Under the pieces are notes generated by a model. It was given only the letters and a program-made list of their open reading frames with translations. It made no database searches and was not told the DNA's origin. The translations under genes and the position numbers were made by a program. A stretch of 64,000 nt of DNA from assembly GCF_009914755.1 (NCBI RefSeq), contig NC_060929.1. The stretch is one strand, 5' to 3'. The DNA comes from the human T2T-CHM13v2.0 reference genome, Homo sapiens. Below are positions 27,685 through 44,969 of the stretch, piece after piece (the first letter of the stretch is position 1; each line of letters starts with the position of its first letter).

Positions 27685-27797
27685 TTCATGAGAACAAGGA
27701 CCAGGTTCACCTTGCTCCCCATTGTATTCTCCATATCATCATAAACGGCACATAGGAGGTATTCAGTAAATGTTTGTTGAATAAATGAATGAATAAA
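27685..27797 (+). mobile_element. L2 3' terminus
   Basis: 'ggcacataggaggtattcagtaaatgtttgttgaataaatgaatgaa'. Confidence 0.75.
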
Positions 27798-29305
27798 ATG
27801 ATACAAAAATAAATAAGACACTAGGCATACTGCAATAGGACTCCTGTCCCTACAGTCCCCTAATATTTACAACTAGGGCTGTCTAATGACCTTCTTCCAC
27901 AGCCTCTAATTTCAGTGCTGTTGTTAGCCCAGGAGACTAAGGAACACCAGGTCAGTTGCTTAATGTCAAAAAAGCCTTTCTGATTGTTCTGCAATTATCA
28001 TAATGTCTTGGCTTTTTCCTCTACAATGCAGCTCTTTCTGGATATCCCAGAACCTACCACTAATAAATTAATTTCATGGTACTGAATTTCAACCTGCCTA
28101 TTGCTGGAAGTTAACACTGCCATCAGACCTCCCCAGAGGTAGCAGCATATGGAAAACGCAATGCCCTCAGACAGGAGCATGTCTTAAAAAGACACCTGTC
28201 TGGAAGGTGGATGGTTGATCTAGAATGTTCACTCTGTACACCAAAATCATACTCATAGTTGTCAGTTCAGATTATATGTGATCCTGCTCCCTATGATCAT
28301 ATCTACAAGAATTAACTTGAAATTTTATTAAAAATAGCTATAGGACTATTTGAGAATTTAGCCCACACTAAGAAATAAGACCCACATACAGTTTATAATA
28401 TAGTCAATTTTAACAAAAAAATAACTATTAGGATTCTCATGTTAACTTTCAATTTTTTATCCTAAGGATTTAACAAATCCTTTTGGCAGATATTGGCTAG
28501 GGAATGGTGTCTGTTCTTGTCTAGTTATCTTTTCCTTTATTAATGGATAGTTTCTGCTGATTCATTTCATCTCTGCAGGAATGATTACTTTCTTGAATTG
28601 TAGTGGCCAATGTCAATTGTAGAAACTATTCAATTACTGGTTTTGGTTGTTTTTTATTTTTGAATCTAAATTTTGAGCAAATTCAGACAAAGTCCCCACC
28701 AATTGATTTCTAAGGAAACTTTGGTTTTTACCAGGAAATTTCTGCAAAATGTCTGCTACCAGTGAGCTGTTTACCTTGGAGTTGTATCTATATTTGCTCA
28801 ACCCTACAGCTCTTGATGCTCAAGGACTCTGCTACTGCCTTGCTGTCCTGTTTGTGCTGGATGATTAGATGAGTTCTAAGGCCTGCTAGAGGCAAGAAGA
28901 GTAGAAGTACAACTTTCAGACTGAGCCCAAGCTGAATAAGATTCTTCCATTGGTATATATGGATTTTATGATACATTCTGAAGGGTACCATTAAACTTAT
29001 CCCATTTAACCACTTGGAACCAACAACACATCAGTCTAGTGGTTTCCAAATCTGGCCTAAGAATCTCCTAGAGAGACTTTAGCTAAGCACAGATACCCTC
29101 TTATCCCCACCAAGACTGGAAACCAACAATCTTTTGGATAATATCAGTTTTTATGTTTACCATTTAAAGTAATTAAACAGCTTTAATTTTTCAGGTTTCA
29201 TGTTAATCACCATTTTAATAAAAATACTTATTTTATGAATGGATTTTATAAATTATAAGAATATAAACAGATTTTATAAATTATAAGAATTTTAAATAGA
29301 TTTTA

Positions 29306-29660
<355 letters not shown>

Positions 29661-29679
29661 TCATTCTTCTTGACCATTT

Positions 29680-30860
29680 TTATGTATATGGAAGGAAGTA
29701 TAAGCTGAAGTACACTTTTTGGAGAATGAATTGACAAGAAGTGTCAAATTTAAAATGTTTAGGCCATTGAAGCCCAGTAATTTCTATTCTCAGAATCAAC
29801 CCTAGAAAACTCCCTGTAGAAGTGTGTATGGGTGTTGTAGTATTTAGGGCAGTCTAACAAAAACTTTTTAAATCTCAAAAACCTCAGTGGCTCATTATAA
29901 TAAATGTATGTTTTGTGTTCATGTCACCAATGCAAGTCAGCAGGGGCGCTCTGCTCACAAAATCATTTGAAGATTTGTCTTGTGACTCTACCTTTCTCTA
30001 GATCCTTGGAGTCACCTCTATTAAGTTGAAAATGGGGAGAGAACAGATGGAGGATGGTACCAGAGATTTCTTTCTATGGACCAGGTCCAGAAGTGACAAG
30101 CATCACTCCCATTCACATTCCTTTACAGAACTTGATCACAAGGCTACCTGTAAGGAAGCCTGGGAAATGTAGACCAGCTATGTGTCCTGGAGAAAAGCGA
30201 AGTGTGGTGAACACTGCCATAGGGAATTGAAGGAAGATGTTCATCACAGCATTGTTTATGAAAGCAAAACACTGGAGAAAACCTATGGGTTCATAAACAA
30301 GGCATGGTTGGGTGAGTTACAGCACATCAATATTACAGAATATGAAAGCCATGATTAAACAGAAAGTGGTAGCTCTGCACACACTAATGTGGAAGAATGC
30401 CTGTATTATATAGATGGGTCAAAAAAAGAAAGGTTGTATGATAGTGGGTCTGGTATGGTACAACTTTTATTGTAATTTGTCATTACATATAACTGGAATG
30501 TAAACAACCTAGCCTCAAGATAGGGTCTTGTTTTAAAAAAATTAGCCTTATCCACACAATGGAATGCTATGCAAATATTATTAAAATAAACAGCTCTATA
30601 TATGCTGTACTAGTATAGAAATATCTCCAAGGTAGATCATTAAAAGTACAAGATGCTGAGCAGTGGATAAAATATGCTAACTTTTATGTAAAATGAAAAG
30701 GGTGTATATTTACATATATTTACATGAACAAAGAAGATAAGAAACACAGGAAATGTTTTGGGAGAGGAGAACTGATTACAGGAACAGGAAAACAAAATTT
30801 GGAGTAGAACAGGCACATATTTTATAATAGTTAACCTTTTGTACCTTTTAAAATTTTGCT
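29680..30860 (+). mobile_element. Old L1ME fragments with a nested MLT1-like LTR (about 29835-30220)
   Basis: L1ME-like 'gatgttcatcacagcattgttt' and 'atccacacaatggaatgctatgca'; MLT-like 'ccagaagtgacaagcatcact...ctgggaaatgtag'. Confidence 0.6.
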
Positions 30861-31499
30861 GTGTGAATTAACTAGGCAAAATCTGTTTTAAAAACACCAG
30901 TCCTTGGTAAGAAGTGGCCAGGCAATTAGATGGAGAGGTGGTGAATCAAGACCTTTATTTTAGCCATGTGGCTTTCAGATATCCATTAGCCAGCCAAGGG
31001 GTGCAGTTGGCCATAGTAGTGTGGATCTCAGGAGAGAAGTCTGGGCTAGAAATAGAAATATAGGAGTTTTCAGGGTTTAGATAGTATTAAACTTATAAGA
31101 ATGGATGAGATGACCTAGGGAGAGTGTAAATAAAGAAAAAGGGCCTAGGGCCAAGCCTGGTTCTGCAAGATAATGCAGGCCCATGACCAAAAGCTTGGAA
31201 AATATTACTAAAAGCACTAAATAAATAAAAATCATCTCTAATCCCACTCCCTAGAGATTGCATCTGTTAACATTTTGGTACATTCCCTTCTAGTCCTTTT
31301 CTGTGCATCTAAGAATATGTTACTAAGTACCTCCTTATATAAAAATCTGTATGTATTGTAAGAAAAAGAAAAAAACCCAGCATTTTAACCACCCAGAGTA
31401 CTTGAAAATGAAATACAATTTTTACAGTAGGCTTATGGATCATTAAAGAGCATTCCATTTATAATCTGTAGCACATGTCTTGAAAATCCCTTTTGTCCA

Positions 31500-31505
31500 T
31501 CTCCC

Positions 31506-31556
<51 letters not shown>
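31500..31556. repeat. Compound (CT)n(CA)n microsatellite
   Basis: Direct reading. Confidence 0.95.
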
Positions 31557-31557
<1 letters not shown>

Positions 31558-31726
31558 GTACATACAGAGAGAGAGACCAGCAGCAGTAGCAGCAACAACA
31601 GTGACAGAACTCAATATTCTTCCGCTTTCTCTAAATTCCCCAACCTCTCTTTTCCTTTGTAGACAGGTCTCTGCTATCTTTTTCCATCCCTCCTCCTGCC
31701 TCCTAAAATATATTCTTTAGGAAATG

Positions 31727-32178
31727 TTATGTTGGATATCCTCCAGTTATCCTTCTAGTCTTATTCTCTATTCTGCTCTGTGGCCTGCATGGGTGACCTA
31801 GATGGACTGTCTTGACAGGCCCCTTTGCCTTCTGGCTTCGGATTGAGTTGGGCCAGTGGGGAGCCTTGGCAGAGGAAGGTGGACGGGAGGAGAATGGAGT
31901 CAAGTTGGTTTTGCTCCCCTGAATCCTGCTATGCTGAGTTGTCAGCACAGCTCCTATTAGGGTGACGCTGACCAAGTTCTGGTAACAGGCCCCACCCCTT
32001 GCCCCATGAGGTCTAGGAGAGGTAAGAGCCCCTGGTTGTTATTGGCCCTAGGGCACTTCAGCAGCTCTGTTGGCTTCTTTAAATCCTGTCCACCCCTTTA
32101 TCCTTTAATTACGCTCTTCTTAGTGACCCCTGCCCAAATATACTATCTGTTTCCTGCTAGGACTTTACTGATAACAAA
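31727..32178. mobile_element. ERVL LTR (LTR33-like)
   Basis: 'ctttgccttctggcttcggattgagttgggccagtggggag...ttcctgctaggactttactgataaca'. Confidence 0.6.
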
Positions 32179-33734
32179 TATCTCAGGCACCTTTAAATTA
32201 TACATCTCCTTTAACTTATTTTCTTCGTCACCACAACCAAAAACCTGAATTCCAAGTAGGCAAAGACATTTTTGCGAATATTACATCATAGTTTTTTATC
32301 CTATAGGAAACATTAATACAGATAGTATGGATACATTTTCATGTGCGCAAAGAAAATCTGTAAGGAGTGTTTAATCCTAGAGAGTTGGTGATGGGGTAAA
32401 AAGGAGAGATGAGTTTTCACTCTTTCCTTTATGCATATATTATTTGATTTTTGATTTCAATAAGCAGGTACTACTTCTGCAAAAAAAAATATGTATTTTT
32501 TTTTAAGGAATGAAATACAGATTCCAGGACCCTACCCCTAACAACCCTGAATTTGCACTTGCTCTGCAGCGCCTCTGTGTGCATTTGTGTAGGTTGTGTC
32601 CTGCATGTGGGTTCCAGTTGATGGAAGCCAACATCCAGACTACAATGTACTTGCCAACCTTTGAGACCTGTCATAGAGCCCCAAAGCACCTTAAGACCAG
32701 TGGCAGTCCTGCTCTTCCTTGCCTGTTTCTGTGCTAATTTTCTGCCACTTGGAATGACTATTGCCTCTGCTGCTTCTATCAGGGCAGAAAACTGAATTTG
32801 GGGCTTGAATTGGAGCTATGCTGATGATACTTGGACTTGCCTATCTTTTTTCTACCCCACACTTTGTCGCTCAAATCTCCACTTTCTCAGCCCTGTTCTA
32901 GGGTTCTTTATTAGCACAGATTTCTGGCCTCAAATTTTTCTGATCTGGCCCATTTCATTGTTCCCAAGTCTCAGGCTTGGAAACTGCAATAATTCTCTTA
33001 GGCCTTCTTGCCAATGTTTAAGTAGCTTCTTTGCCACTACCCAAGTTACTAGGAGTCATCTAATCTGAATTTAACTTGATTTTCAATCTCTATTCATAGA
33101 TTTCAATTCAGAGATCTTTGTTTTTTTAATCAGCTTCCATCTGGAAAGACATTAGATTTTCCTTGTCTTTAATGGTCATGACATATGTCACTCAATCACC
33201 TCAGCCATTTCTAAAACAGTTCCATCGATCCCTACCCTGACTCAGCAACCTGACTTTTTAATAAACTATTCTATTTTGAACCACATGTTAAAATTTTGAA
33301 GTGTTTTTAAAAGCCAAATATATAAGAATATTATATATGTATATTTTTTAAATAAGAGAATATACATTAAGATCTCTTTACTTAAAATGAACTTTTTAAA
33401 AATGATAAATACTATATATCCGGCTGTCTCCAAATTCCTAAAGTTTTCAGAAGCGAGCTGAGGTTCTGCTGTGTTTTACAGTACTACTCTCTGGCACAGT
33501 TCCATCTCACTCTCCTTAAAACAAAGGGGATGGGCCAGGAACCAATCACATCTCCTTCCAGTCTGTGATTCACCTGCTGAAGTTGCTCCACCACTTCTGG
33601 AAGCTCAGATGTCAAATAACAAACTAAGGCTCCATTTACCTTTGGTTTGGCAGACTCATATTCTATTCTCTTGCCCTCCCACTCAGGAGCAAGATTTAGT
33701 TACTCATTAATTTTAAGGGGGTTTCCTAAGAGAC

Positions 33735-33835
33735 ACAAGGAAAGATTTCCTGGTGATGTGGGCTGACAGCTATAGAAGCACTAACAAGAGAAGTTGTAAA
33801 ATCTCTTCCCTGGGAGTCTTTATGAAAAGCAAAAC
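33735..33835 (+). mobile_element. L3/CR1-like 3' fragment
   Basis: 'agagaagttgtaaaatctcttccctgggagtcttta' resembles the CR1 3' end. Confidence 0.45.
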
Positions 33836-34814
33836 CACATGGGTCTTGTTGAGAGAAGAATTAGAAGTAGGTAGGAGACTTGAAAGGGGTAAAGTGTCAT
33901 ATAATTCAATGATTTTGTAGTAACAGATGGGCTACTAATTTAAAATAAGAAGCAACAAGCAATTAACAGAGTTGGTGATTCCCAAATTCCATGGGTCTTT
34001 TAACCACGGATTTATGCTAACTACACTCCCACCTTCTTCAGGCTTAATAAGATTTCAGCCTGAGTTGCAGTGCTGTATTTACCATTACACAAATAGCAAG
34101 TTGAACTTGCTATTTAATATCTGATAATAAACTATCTCCCTTCTCCCATTTGTTCTACTCTTTGGCAGAACACAAAAATGGTCTGATGTGGGTAGAATGT
34201 AGGATGTGGTTCTTTATTGCTCAAGTTCTCCTCTGCACACTCGCTCTATTTTTCTTGTATAGGAAAAGGATGAGCCATGAATATATCTTGTCCAAGTCTC
34301 TTATTAAATCAAAACAAAGTTCAGCTTTGGCACAAATGCAATCAGTTTCCATACTTGACTTCTCCATACAACTGATTGTGGCAATCACATGCTTTTACTA
34401 AATTGTTGCCATCTAATGAAAATAGCAATAATCCTCATCTTTACCTATGAGATCAAACATTTTTTCATTCATATGTTTTGTAGGTTCACTTATGTTAACC
34501 CCATCACCACTATGTGCAAATTCCCATGCAGAGCCATACATGTGCGCTTTTCTTTTAGGAAGTTTGTTATTTAAACTGCTGGGTGTCATTAACAGATGAG
34601 TTTTTGAAATTTTTTTTTAATAATATGTTGAGTTTCAAAAGCCAGGTAACCACTGAGAAGAATCAAGTACTGCAAACCATAGTCACCTGTGGCCCCTCCA
34701 TCTCTGGTTCTCTTCACTTGAATTCATATCAATGCCCCAGCAGAGATGTGTGGCTATATTTATTTATTGTACACTGAGGTTTTTTTATTTTAAAATTCAT
34801 AGTAGTATAATATT

Positions 34815-35030
34815 CATTTATTGACCATCTAGTATATGCCAAACACTATTCTAAATACTTGTTTTATCTCATTTAAGTCGCATAATAACCCTAGGAGATA
34901 GTATTCCTGTTATCTCCATATTACAATGAGAAAAAGGAGCAGAGAAATTGAGTAACTTGCTCAAGGGAGAAAATAGTGGAGCCAGAATTTGCACTGAGGC
35001 AGTGAGAGTCTAACAACCAAGGTTCAAGCT
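34815..35030 (-). mobile_element. MIR
   Basis: 'tctcatttaag...ataaccctaggag...agtaacttgctcaagg...agtggagccagaattt'. Confidence 0.75.
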
Positions 35031-35602
35031 TTTATTATCGGATGGGACTTTTGTGTACAGAAAAGCATATTTACAATTACTAATATTTTGTTTAGCATGT
35101 AGTTTATTTTAAATGTAACTTTAAAAATATGTTTTTCTTAATAATTTTATATCAAATAAGAACAATCATTTGTATTTCTTTGATTAATGCTCAAATATCT
35201 CTTACATTTGAAAACTCAAACTCCTGTAAATGTTTAGCTATGTAAACATTTGATTAATCAGATTTTCTTAGGCTCCTAAATTATAATGACAAACTCTTCA
35301 ATCACTTTACAAGTCAATATAAGAAAACAAACAAAATCTTTCTTTTAAGTAATTGTATAAATGTGATAAACCAGATCTTCAAATTTAGAAGCTCAAATCC
35401 TCTTAAGCCTAAAATGCAAACAGAATATACAAAAGCGATTTCATTGCAAGCCTAGTTCTTAAATATAACATAAGAATATTGAACTACAGGTTCTGGGCTT
35501 ATCAGTTCATTGTTCTATACCTTCCTGGTGTTTTACCTAAGCAAAGGTAACAAAGTTAGCCCTTTAAGATCATGACCCAGACTACTTGTCATAGGGGCAT
35601 AG

Positions 35603-35927
<325 letters not shown>

Positions 35928-37534
35928 AGAGTGCCCCTTATTGTCTTTCAAGAATAAGCCAGTAAATGTTGTGATGAGCCTGTTTATGGTCAGATTGCAT
36001 CTCACATTTAGACTTCCTAAACCTATGCCCTTCTGACTTAAATAACCACATACGTTTCCACTTCTCGTAATCCTCTGACTTTCCCAAAATACCCCATCCC
36101 TTAAAATACTGGGGGCTTTCCAGGCCTCAGGTTTTGATTCCCTTTGGATTAATGAGAAACTTTTTCATTAAAACCCGGGTAATAATGAAAATTTTGAACC
36201 TATTAGTCAGACTTTAATCTCTTTTATTTTTATCTTTCTCATCAACCATCATTTTATGGTTACATTTCCCCTTTTTCTCACAGCCCTAAGAATCTTCCTA
36301 TGCTTTCTGTAGCATCTCTACCTCTGAGAATGAATTTCTACCCATACTTTATTACATAGCAAAATATGTCATTGGAACCCTTCTTTTTCATTACTAGATG
36401 TGTCACTGTTGGATCAGGCTGTCCTTACACGAAGGGTGGACCTAAATTGTCCTGTTCAGAGTTCTACATAGAACCAGCAGAAAGTGTCTTCCCCATCAAG
36501 GTCAGAGCAAAAACATGCTAAGAGACATTCACAAAGATCATGAATGTGACCCAAAAGTCCCTGGCCCCAGCCTGTAACTAAGATACAAGATCAAGCCAAC
36601 TGACAAAGGAACAAGCCACTTCAGCTTCATTGCTAGAAACTAGCTCTCTTCAAAGTATCCACCAGCTAGCTAGCTCTGTGTTTCCCAAATATTGTCTCTT
36701 AAATGTGCTCAGGCGCACAACTTGGTATTTGGTTTCTTAGTTTTCCTACCATGCTGCAGCCTGAGTGATAAGGGCCTCAAGACTGACCTGCCTCTGAGCA
36801 CCAGTGAGTCTCCCCTACCACCATTATGGCCTCAGAAGAGGAGACCCATTTCCTCCTCATCTCTACCTAATTCCTCAAGTGTGGGCACAATGAGAGGGAG
36901 GAAAAACCCAGCAAATTTTGATATCTTCCATTAGAAGTGGCAACTAGAGATCACAGAGGTCTAATCTCAGGAATGTAGCCTGTTTCCCTAGCAAAGGTCA
37001 GCTCACTTCTCCCCTCAAGAATAATCCAAAAATTTCCACAACTTAGATTCCCAGACAAAATGTCAAGTTCAAAAAATAAAACAGAGATTTCCCTTTCTCC
37101 CCAGCCTTAAGCCCACCTCCCAGGTCCTCATTTTCTGCCATGAAACTGATTCTTTGCTGGATGATGCACTCTCTTCAAGGCATCACTGCTCTTACACCGT
37201 AGCCCCCAAAAGACATCAGAGCCATCGTTGTCCACCATCAGCACGCTTCCCATGATCCACACACTCCACTCTTAACATCACCATGTCAGTGCTACCTACA
37301 CTAAGCTGTGCTACACCAAGGCTCCCCCAGGGGGACTCCCCCAACAAAAAGTTAAAATGTCAGCCCTAAGTATATTTTCTGCAGTTTTGGAGGACTCCAT
37401 TGCAACTATCCTGAAGGAAAATTCTTTGACATGACACACACACATACATACACAATACCTCTACAAGAACAAGAAAAAATAAATAAGCACTATGCTTCTA
37501 AATTCAAATAGAAGGAAATAAAATTTCCAAAGAA

Positions 37535-37700
37535 GTATCTTCTAACATGTAGTCTCTGTAGGACTTATTAAAATACTGATTTTTGGACACCATGCAAGAC
37601 CTGATTGTATAAGAATCTCTGGTGGCAGGGCCCAGGCAATCAATATTTTAAACAAAACGTCCATTAACTCTTCTGTATACTAAGGTTTGAGAACTACTAC
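37535..37700. mobile_element. MER5A-like hAT MITE
   Basis: 'agaatctctggtggcagggcccaggcaatc...taaggtttgagaactact'. Confidence 0.7.
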
Positions 37701-38566
37701 TCTGAGGGCAGCCCCATCTATAACATTTGCAGTGTCTGGGCAAGAGGGCCCTGACCCACCCCTCTTCTTCCATCCAGCTCCCATACCTCAAGGGGCCTCA
37801 CCTGTAGTCACCCCTCAATTTGCTCGTTTAGGCTCTGTCCATATATCCCTAGGCCTAGGGATATTATCAAGAAACCAGACTCAGTAAAGAGGCCTGCAGA
37901 GATCCTTGGAGCAGGCTCAGGGATGTTTGGGCAGGAAATTAAAGGGTCCTTGACACCCAAAACATGGTCAAGAAATTGGAAAGCAGGCTCCAGTAAGCAT
38001 GCCCCCATCGCCCCGCAGACTTCTCACCCTATGGGGAAAGATAGGCTGGAAGGTCAGTATGCAGGCCTAAGTCCCATTTCTAAGGGAATTGTCAGTGATG
38101 GAGACATGGGTTTCTAAACAGAGCTGCTCTGTTGGATGCATCTGTTCCTGAGTTACCCCCCTTCATTACGTTTTTTTCCTATGAACAATGAGAAAGAATT
38201 TAATTTGCTTTATAGTGGAGGTTTCTCCAAAATTAAAGAGCTATCTGTCCTGGAGGTAAGTTTAAGTCTCAACCCTTAAAACAAAAACAGAAACAACTAC
38301 AACTAAAAAATGACAATTTTTTACAGCTACCATACTGTCAGGGTTTCCCCAAAACACTGAGGTTTTGACAAGAGCACCCCATTACCCCACAGCACCCCAT
38401 AACCTGAACTTAAAACATTCTAAAGTCAAATGAGATTTAAGAGGTTGAAATGCATGATGGATAGTCTCTGTCTTTGATGACATGAAAACTTGATACTGTT
38501 GATACCCAGGAACAGATATTGGGCTCTACAATGAAGGACAACGGAAAGTCTTGAAATAGCGAATTA

Positions 38567-38891
<325 letters not shown>

Positions 38892-39664
38892 TCATGAATA
38901 CCCCCAAACTTTTCCCCATAAAAGTATACCTATTCCCAGAGTGAAGGCCCTAGCTCCTAGCCTCCTTGATACTACCACTGCCGAGGGCTCTGGGCATTTC
39001 CTCTTAGTGAATGGCACTGTGGTGGCCACACACAGGGTTGTCGACGTAGACCCTCTTCTCTGGGGATTGCTCCCTAGCCTTGGATGGTTTCCCAGAAGCC
39101 AAGTTTGTGTCATATAACCCTGCATCCCTGGCAACAGTTGCTTGGACTAGGGGCACCTGACTCCAACTGGGTCAGCTTGATTGTCTGCACTGGGAATTTG
39201 AAATTAGGAGAGAAAGAGAGAATGTTCCTCTATGTAGCTGAACCTAAACTATGCAAATTTGGGAGCTGTGGGCCAGCCATGAATTAATTGTTCCATGTGG
39301 GTTGGGAGCTAAGGAACCCTGCCCTCTCAGAAACAAGTGAAGCGGGTGTTTAAAGAAGTGAGAGAACATATTTCCTGTGTTCCTACAGCAGCTGCATTCC
39401 TGGCTTTGGGTTCTCTGGGTCACTCCTACGGTTTTACAGTAAACTCTTCCCGGGGGAAGGAGGGGTTAAGTTAACTGATCAGGGCTTTTGTTACCTGTAA
39501 TTAAACTGATCTACCTAGAAGAGCACCATTAGTGACATGTTTACTTGCCTTGACTCCACTCTTTCCCTCAGACCCCATCCACAGAGCCAGGTCTAATCCA
39601 TTTTAACTCTTAATATCTCTTCATTTATCACCTCCTCTTTATTTCTACTGTCACAGCTTAGTTC

Positions 39665-39875
39665 AGGTGTACAACTTGAAGTCATCTAGACCTGAGTTCA
39701 AGCCCCAGCCTTACCACTCACTAATTGTATGACCTTGGACAAGTTACTGAACCTTCCTAAAATGGGGATCATCATAGTACTTGCCTCACAAGATTGTTGT
39801 GAGGGCTGAATAAAATAGTGCATATAACAAAATGTATGGCATATAGTGTTCAGTAAATGTCTATTATCATTATTA
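39665..39875 (+). mobile_element. MIR
   Basis: 'agacctgagttcaagccccagc...tgaccttggacaagttact...aaaatgggg'. Confidence 0.8.
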
Positions 39876-40224
39876 TGGCATTATTGTTTTCATTTATAAT
39901 ATTATTAAAGAAGAAAGTTTAAGTTACTTATAGACCCCAGCTTAATTGCTAATAGACCCAATTGTATTTCTTTTAGGAATCTATGTTATTTTAATAACTG
40001 TGATAATGTGCATTAAGGACTTTTGGCCTTATTATAATATATCTAAAGTTATTCTAGTTTAATTCAGGTCTTTCAAAGGTAGGAAAATGTTAATATCTAT
40101 AGTGTACCTAAAGTACCAGATACTCTAATAAGCATTTTACATAAATTTTCTTATTTAACTTACAAAAGATGATACTATCTCTATTTTAAAGATGGAGAAA
40201 CTGAGGCTCACATACATTAGTTAA

Positions 40225-40743
<519 letters not shown>

Positions 40744-40986
40744 TAATTTTAATCTAGTGTGATAGCTGCCCAGAATCCATTTTTGCAGAGTTAATCATCT
40801 GAGCATGTCAAGTCCCCTGAAACTCTGCTATCCCTATCTTGAATCCCTTAACTCCACCTCGCACATTAACCTGAAATGATAGTAGTAACCCTTTAGTTGG
40901 CAATCTGGGTAGCTTAAATATAAGCACAAATTTGAATTGCTGATGTAACAGTTAGCAAAGAGCATGTCAGTATATCAAGTGCAGAT

Positions 40987-41032
<46 letters not shown>

Positions 41033-41053
41033 CAGATAGATAGATAGATAGAT
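40987..41053. repeat. Tetranucleotide STR (GATA)11 GACA (GATA)4
   Basis: Counted directly. Confidence 0.97.
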
Positions 41054-41346
41054 CAGACATTTAGCTTCACAAGGTTTTTGTAATGACTAATTAATGTGAA
41101 TTTGAAATATATAAAGTTTTTCTTCTTGGGAAGGAAATGTGGAGTACTATAACCTTGTTCAGAAGTTTCTTTCTTTTGATAGGAACTCTGAACATGGGCA
41201 TCTTTACAACTCCCTTTAGTGCTTGAGTGTTCACATTACCATCAGATAAACTCAAGAAAAAGAAAGTAAATCCAAAGGCGTTTTGATGCATAAAAAAAAC
41301 TTAAGTAAGAGAATTCGAAAAGCATTTCTTTACGTTTATTATTTAA

Positions 41347-41670
<324 letters not shown>

Positions 41671-41700
41671 TGAGATTTATAAAAATGAGTTGCACTGTAA

Positions 41701-42001
<301 letters not shown>

Positions 42002-43178
42002 AGAAATATACTTCTCATTCTTTAAAAACTTGACTAGTAGGTAAGTCACTTGGCTTAAGGTAAAGAGAGTATAATTTCTTATACACATTGTTTTATGCTG
42101 AGTCCTGAGAAATGCCTGTAAAACACAGACTATCATTTATTTCTTCTCTAAACAACAACAAAAATATTTGAGAGTGCAGTTTTATTAAGTATTAAAATAA
42201 AGACTCAAGGATATTTTGAAACAGGAAAATATTTTAATGGAGCATGTTGATTATATTGATACTACTGTTATTTTCTAATCACATTTCCTTCATTCGTATG
42301 CTTTTTCAATGTACATTTTCTGCTAAAATAGAGGGTCAAGAGAGAATCACGCTTCTGTTTCCTGCTGATAGTGTGAACCCAAAATAGCAGCCAATGAAAG
42401 CAAACATCTGTGAAGGCTTAGTCAGAACAGTCACTCACTAGTCATACCTCCTAACTAATGTTTTACTCCCAGAAAGAATTTTACCTGCTTCTTCAGTGTC
42501 TTAACCAACATCCTCTAACAATCAAAGCAATCTTCTAGGAAAACAATGTATACAGCAACATGCCTTTCCCCAATAAATCAAAGCAGGAGATAGATAATGC
42601 ATACCAGCAAAGGATATGAGAATTCACCAGTATAGGCATCAATCAATGAAAATGGGATACAGAAATCAAATTTCAAATTCAAAGCATTTTAAAGTAATAT
42701 TTTAATACAAGGCTATGCTGTCGTTCAGTACTATTACCTGTATTGATACAACTGGTGTGTTTCACTAGGTAAATGTCAATGGTAAATGTAACATGTTAAT
42801 ATTTAAATTCATCAACAATCCCACTGAGCAAAAAGTTTCTTTCCCAGTTTTAAGGATGTTAATATAAGGATTGAGTACAAAAGGAATGGCAGAAATTCTT
42901 CCTTGTAGATTACCCTTTCAGGAGAAAATACCTTGGGAAATCTAACCTATGAATGGTGTTGGATTTCCTAACATAGATTCCTAGTGGAGTGAAAAAGTGT
43001 CTTCATAAAATACCTTTGGCTGATCACCCTGTAACAGTGAGAGAAAATACAGACTGTACCATCACAGCTCCCAGCAATATCACTGTGTCCATGCAATTTA
43101 TTTATTCATCCAGCATATATTTATTGAACAAATGCTTTATTGATTATTAAGAAAAAATGTGGAAATTATCTTTGCCAA

Positions 43179-43475
43179 TTCTTTTTTTTTTTTTTTGAGA
43201 CAAAGCCTCACTCTCGTTGCCCAGGCTGGAGTGCAGTGGCACGATCGGCTCACTGCAACCTCTGCTTCCAGGGTTCAAGCGATTCTCCTGCCTCAGCCTC
43301 CCAAGTAGCTGGGATTACAGGCACCCACCACCATGCCTGGCTAATTTTTGTATTTTTAGTAGAGACGGGGTTTCACCATGTTGGCCAGGTTCGTCTCAAA
43401 CTCCCGACCTCAGGGGATCCGCCTGCCTCAGCCTCCCAAAGTGCTAGGATTACAGGTGTGAGCCACCATGCCCAG
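43179..43475 (-). mobile_element. AluS-like
   Basis: Antisense Alu; TSD CCAATTCTT. Confidence 0.94.
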
Positions 43476-43956
43476 TCACCAATTCTTGATAAATCACAGC
43501 TGGATCTGACTTCTTTCTTGCACTTCTAGCCAAAATATTAATACTGTTGCAAACATCTATTATACTTGAGCATCTATCTTATCTTGAACCTGAAATTATA
43601 CGTTAGGATTTCATCATCCACTGAATAATTAAGGTCACCAGAAGTCAGATAATGAACATGCTTTGCTCCTGGGCCTTGTTTTGATGCATTTTGCATGGAA
43701 AGTGCTCTCAAGGTCAATTTCTTGCAGAATGTCTGCCTCATATCCTTGAATCTGCAAAGAATCTTGCTAGAAATGTGGATGTAACATTTTTGGCTTGATA
43801 TGATATATCTCAACCCCTGGTCTGTAGAATGGTGTGTTTTCTATGTTATATTGACCCACTTCAAAGAACTCCATTTTTCAGATTGAACTTTATATTTGAA
43901 TATGCTATTGCAATTAAGAGACGTCAAAGAGGAAATTGGCTGTCACAAGAGGGTAC

Positions 43957-44214
43957 TGTGGTAGGTTGAAAAATGGCCACCCAAAGATATGTCCATGTCC
44001 TAATCTCCAGAAACCGTGAATTTTACCTTGAGATGAGGAGATTATCCTGGATTATCCAAGTGGAACCTAAATGCCACCACAAGAGTCCTCATAAGAGAAA
44101 CACAGAGGAAGATTTGGCACAGACTCACAGATGAAGACAAAGATTGAAGTGATGGGGCCACAGCCAAGAAAGTCAAGGAATGCCAATAGCCTCCAAAATC
44201 TGAAAGAGACAAGT

Positions 44215-44225
<11 letters not shown>
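43957..44225 (+). mobile_element. MLT1C/D-like LTR, 5' part
   Basis: 'tgtggtaggttgaaaaatggccacccaaagatatgtccatgtcctaatc...agccaagaaagtcaaggaatgcc'. Confidence 0.8.
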
Positions 44226-44969
<744 letters not shown>

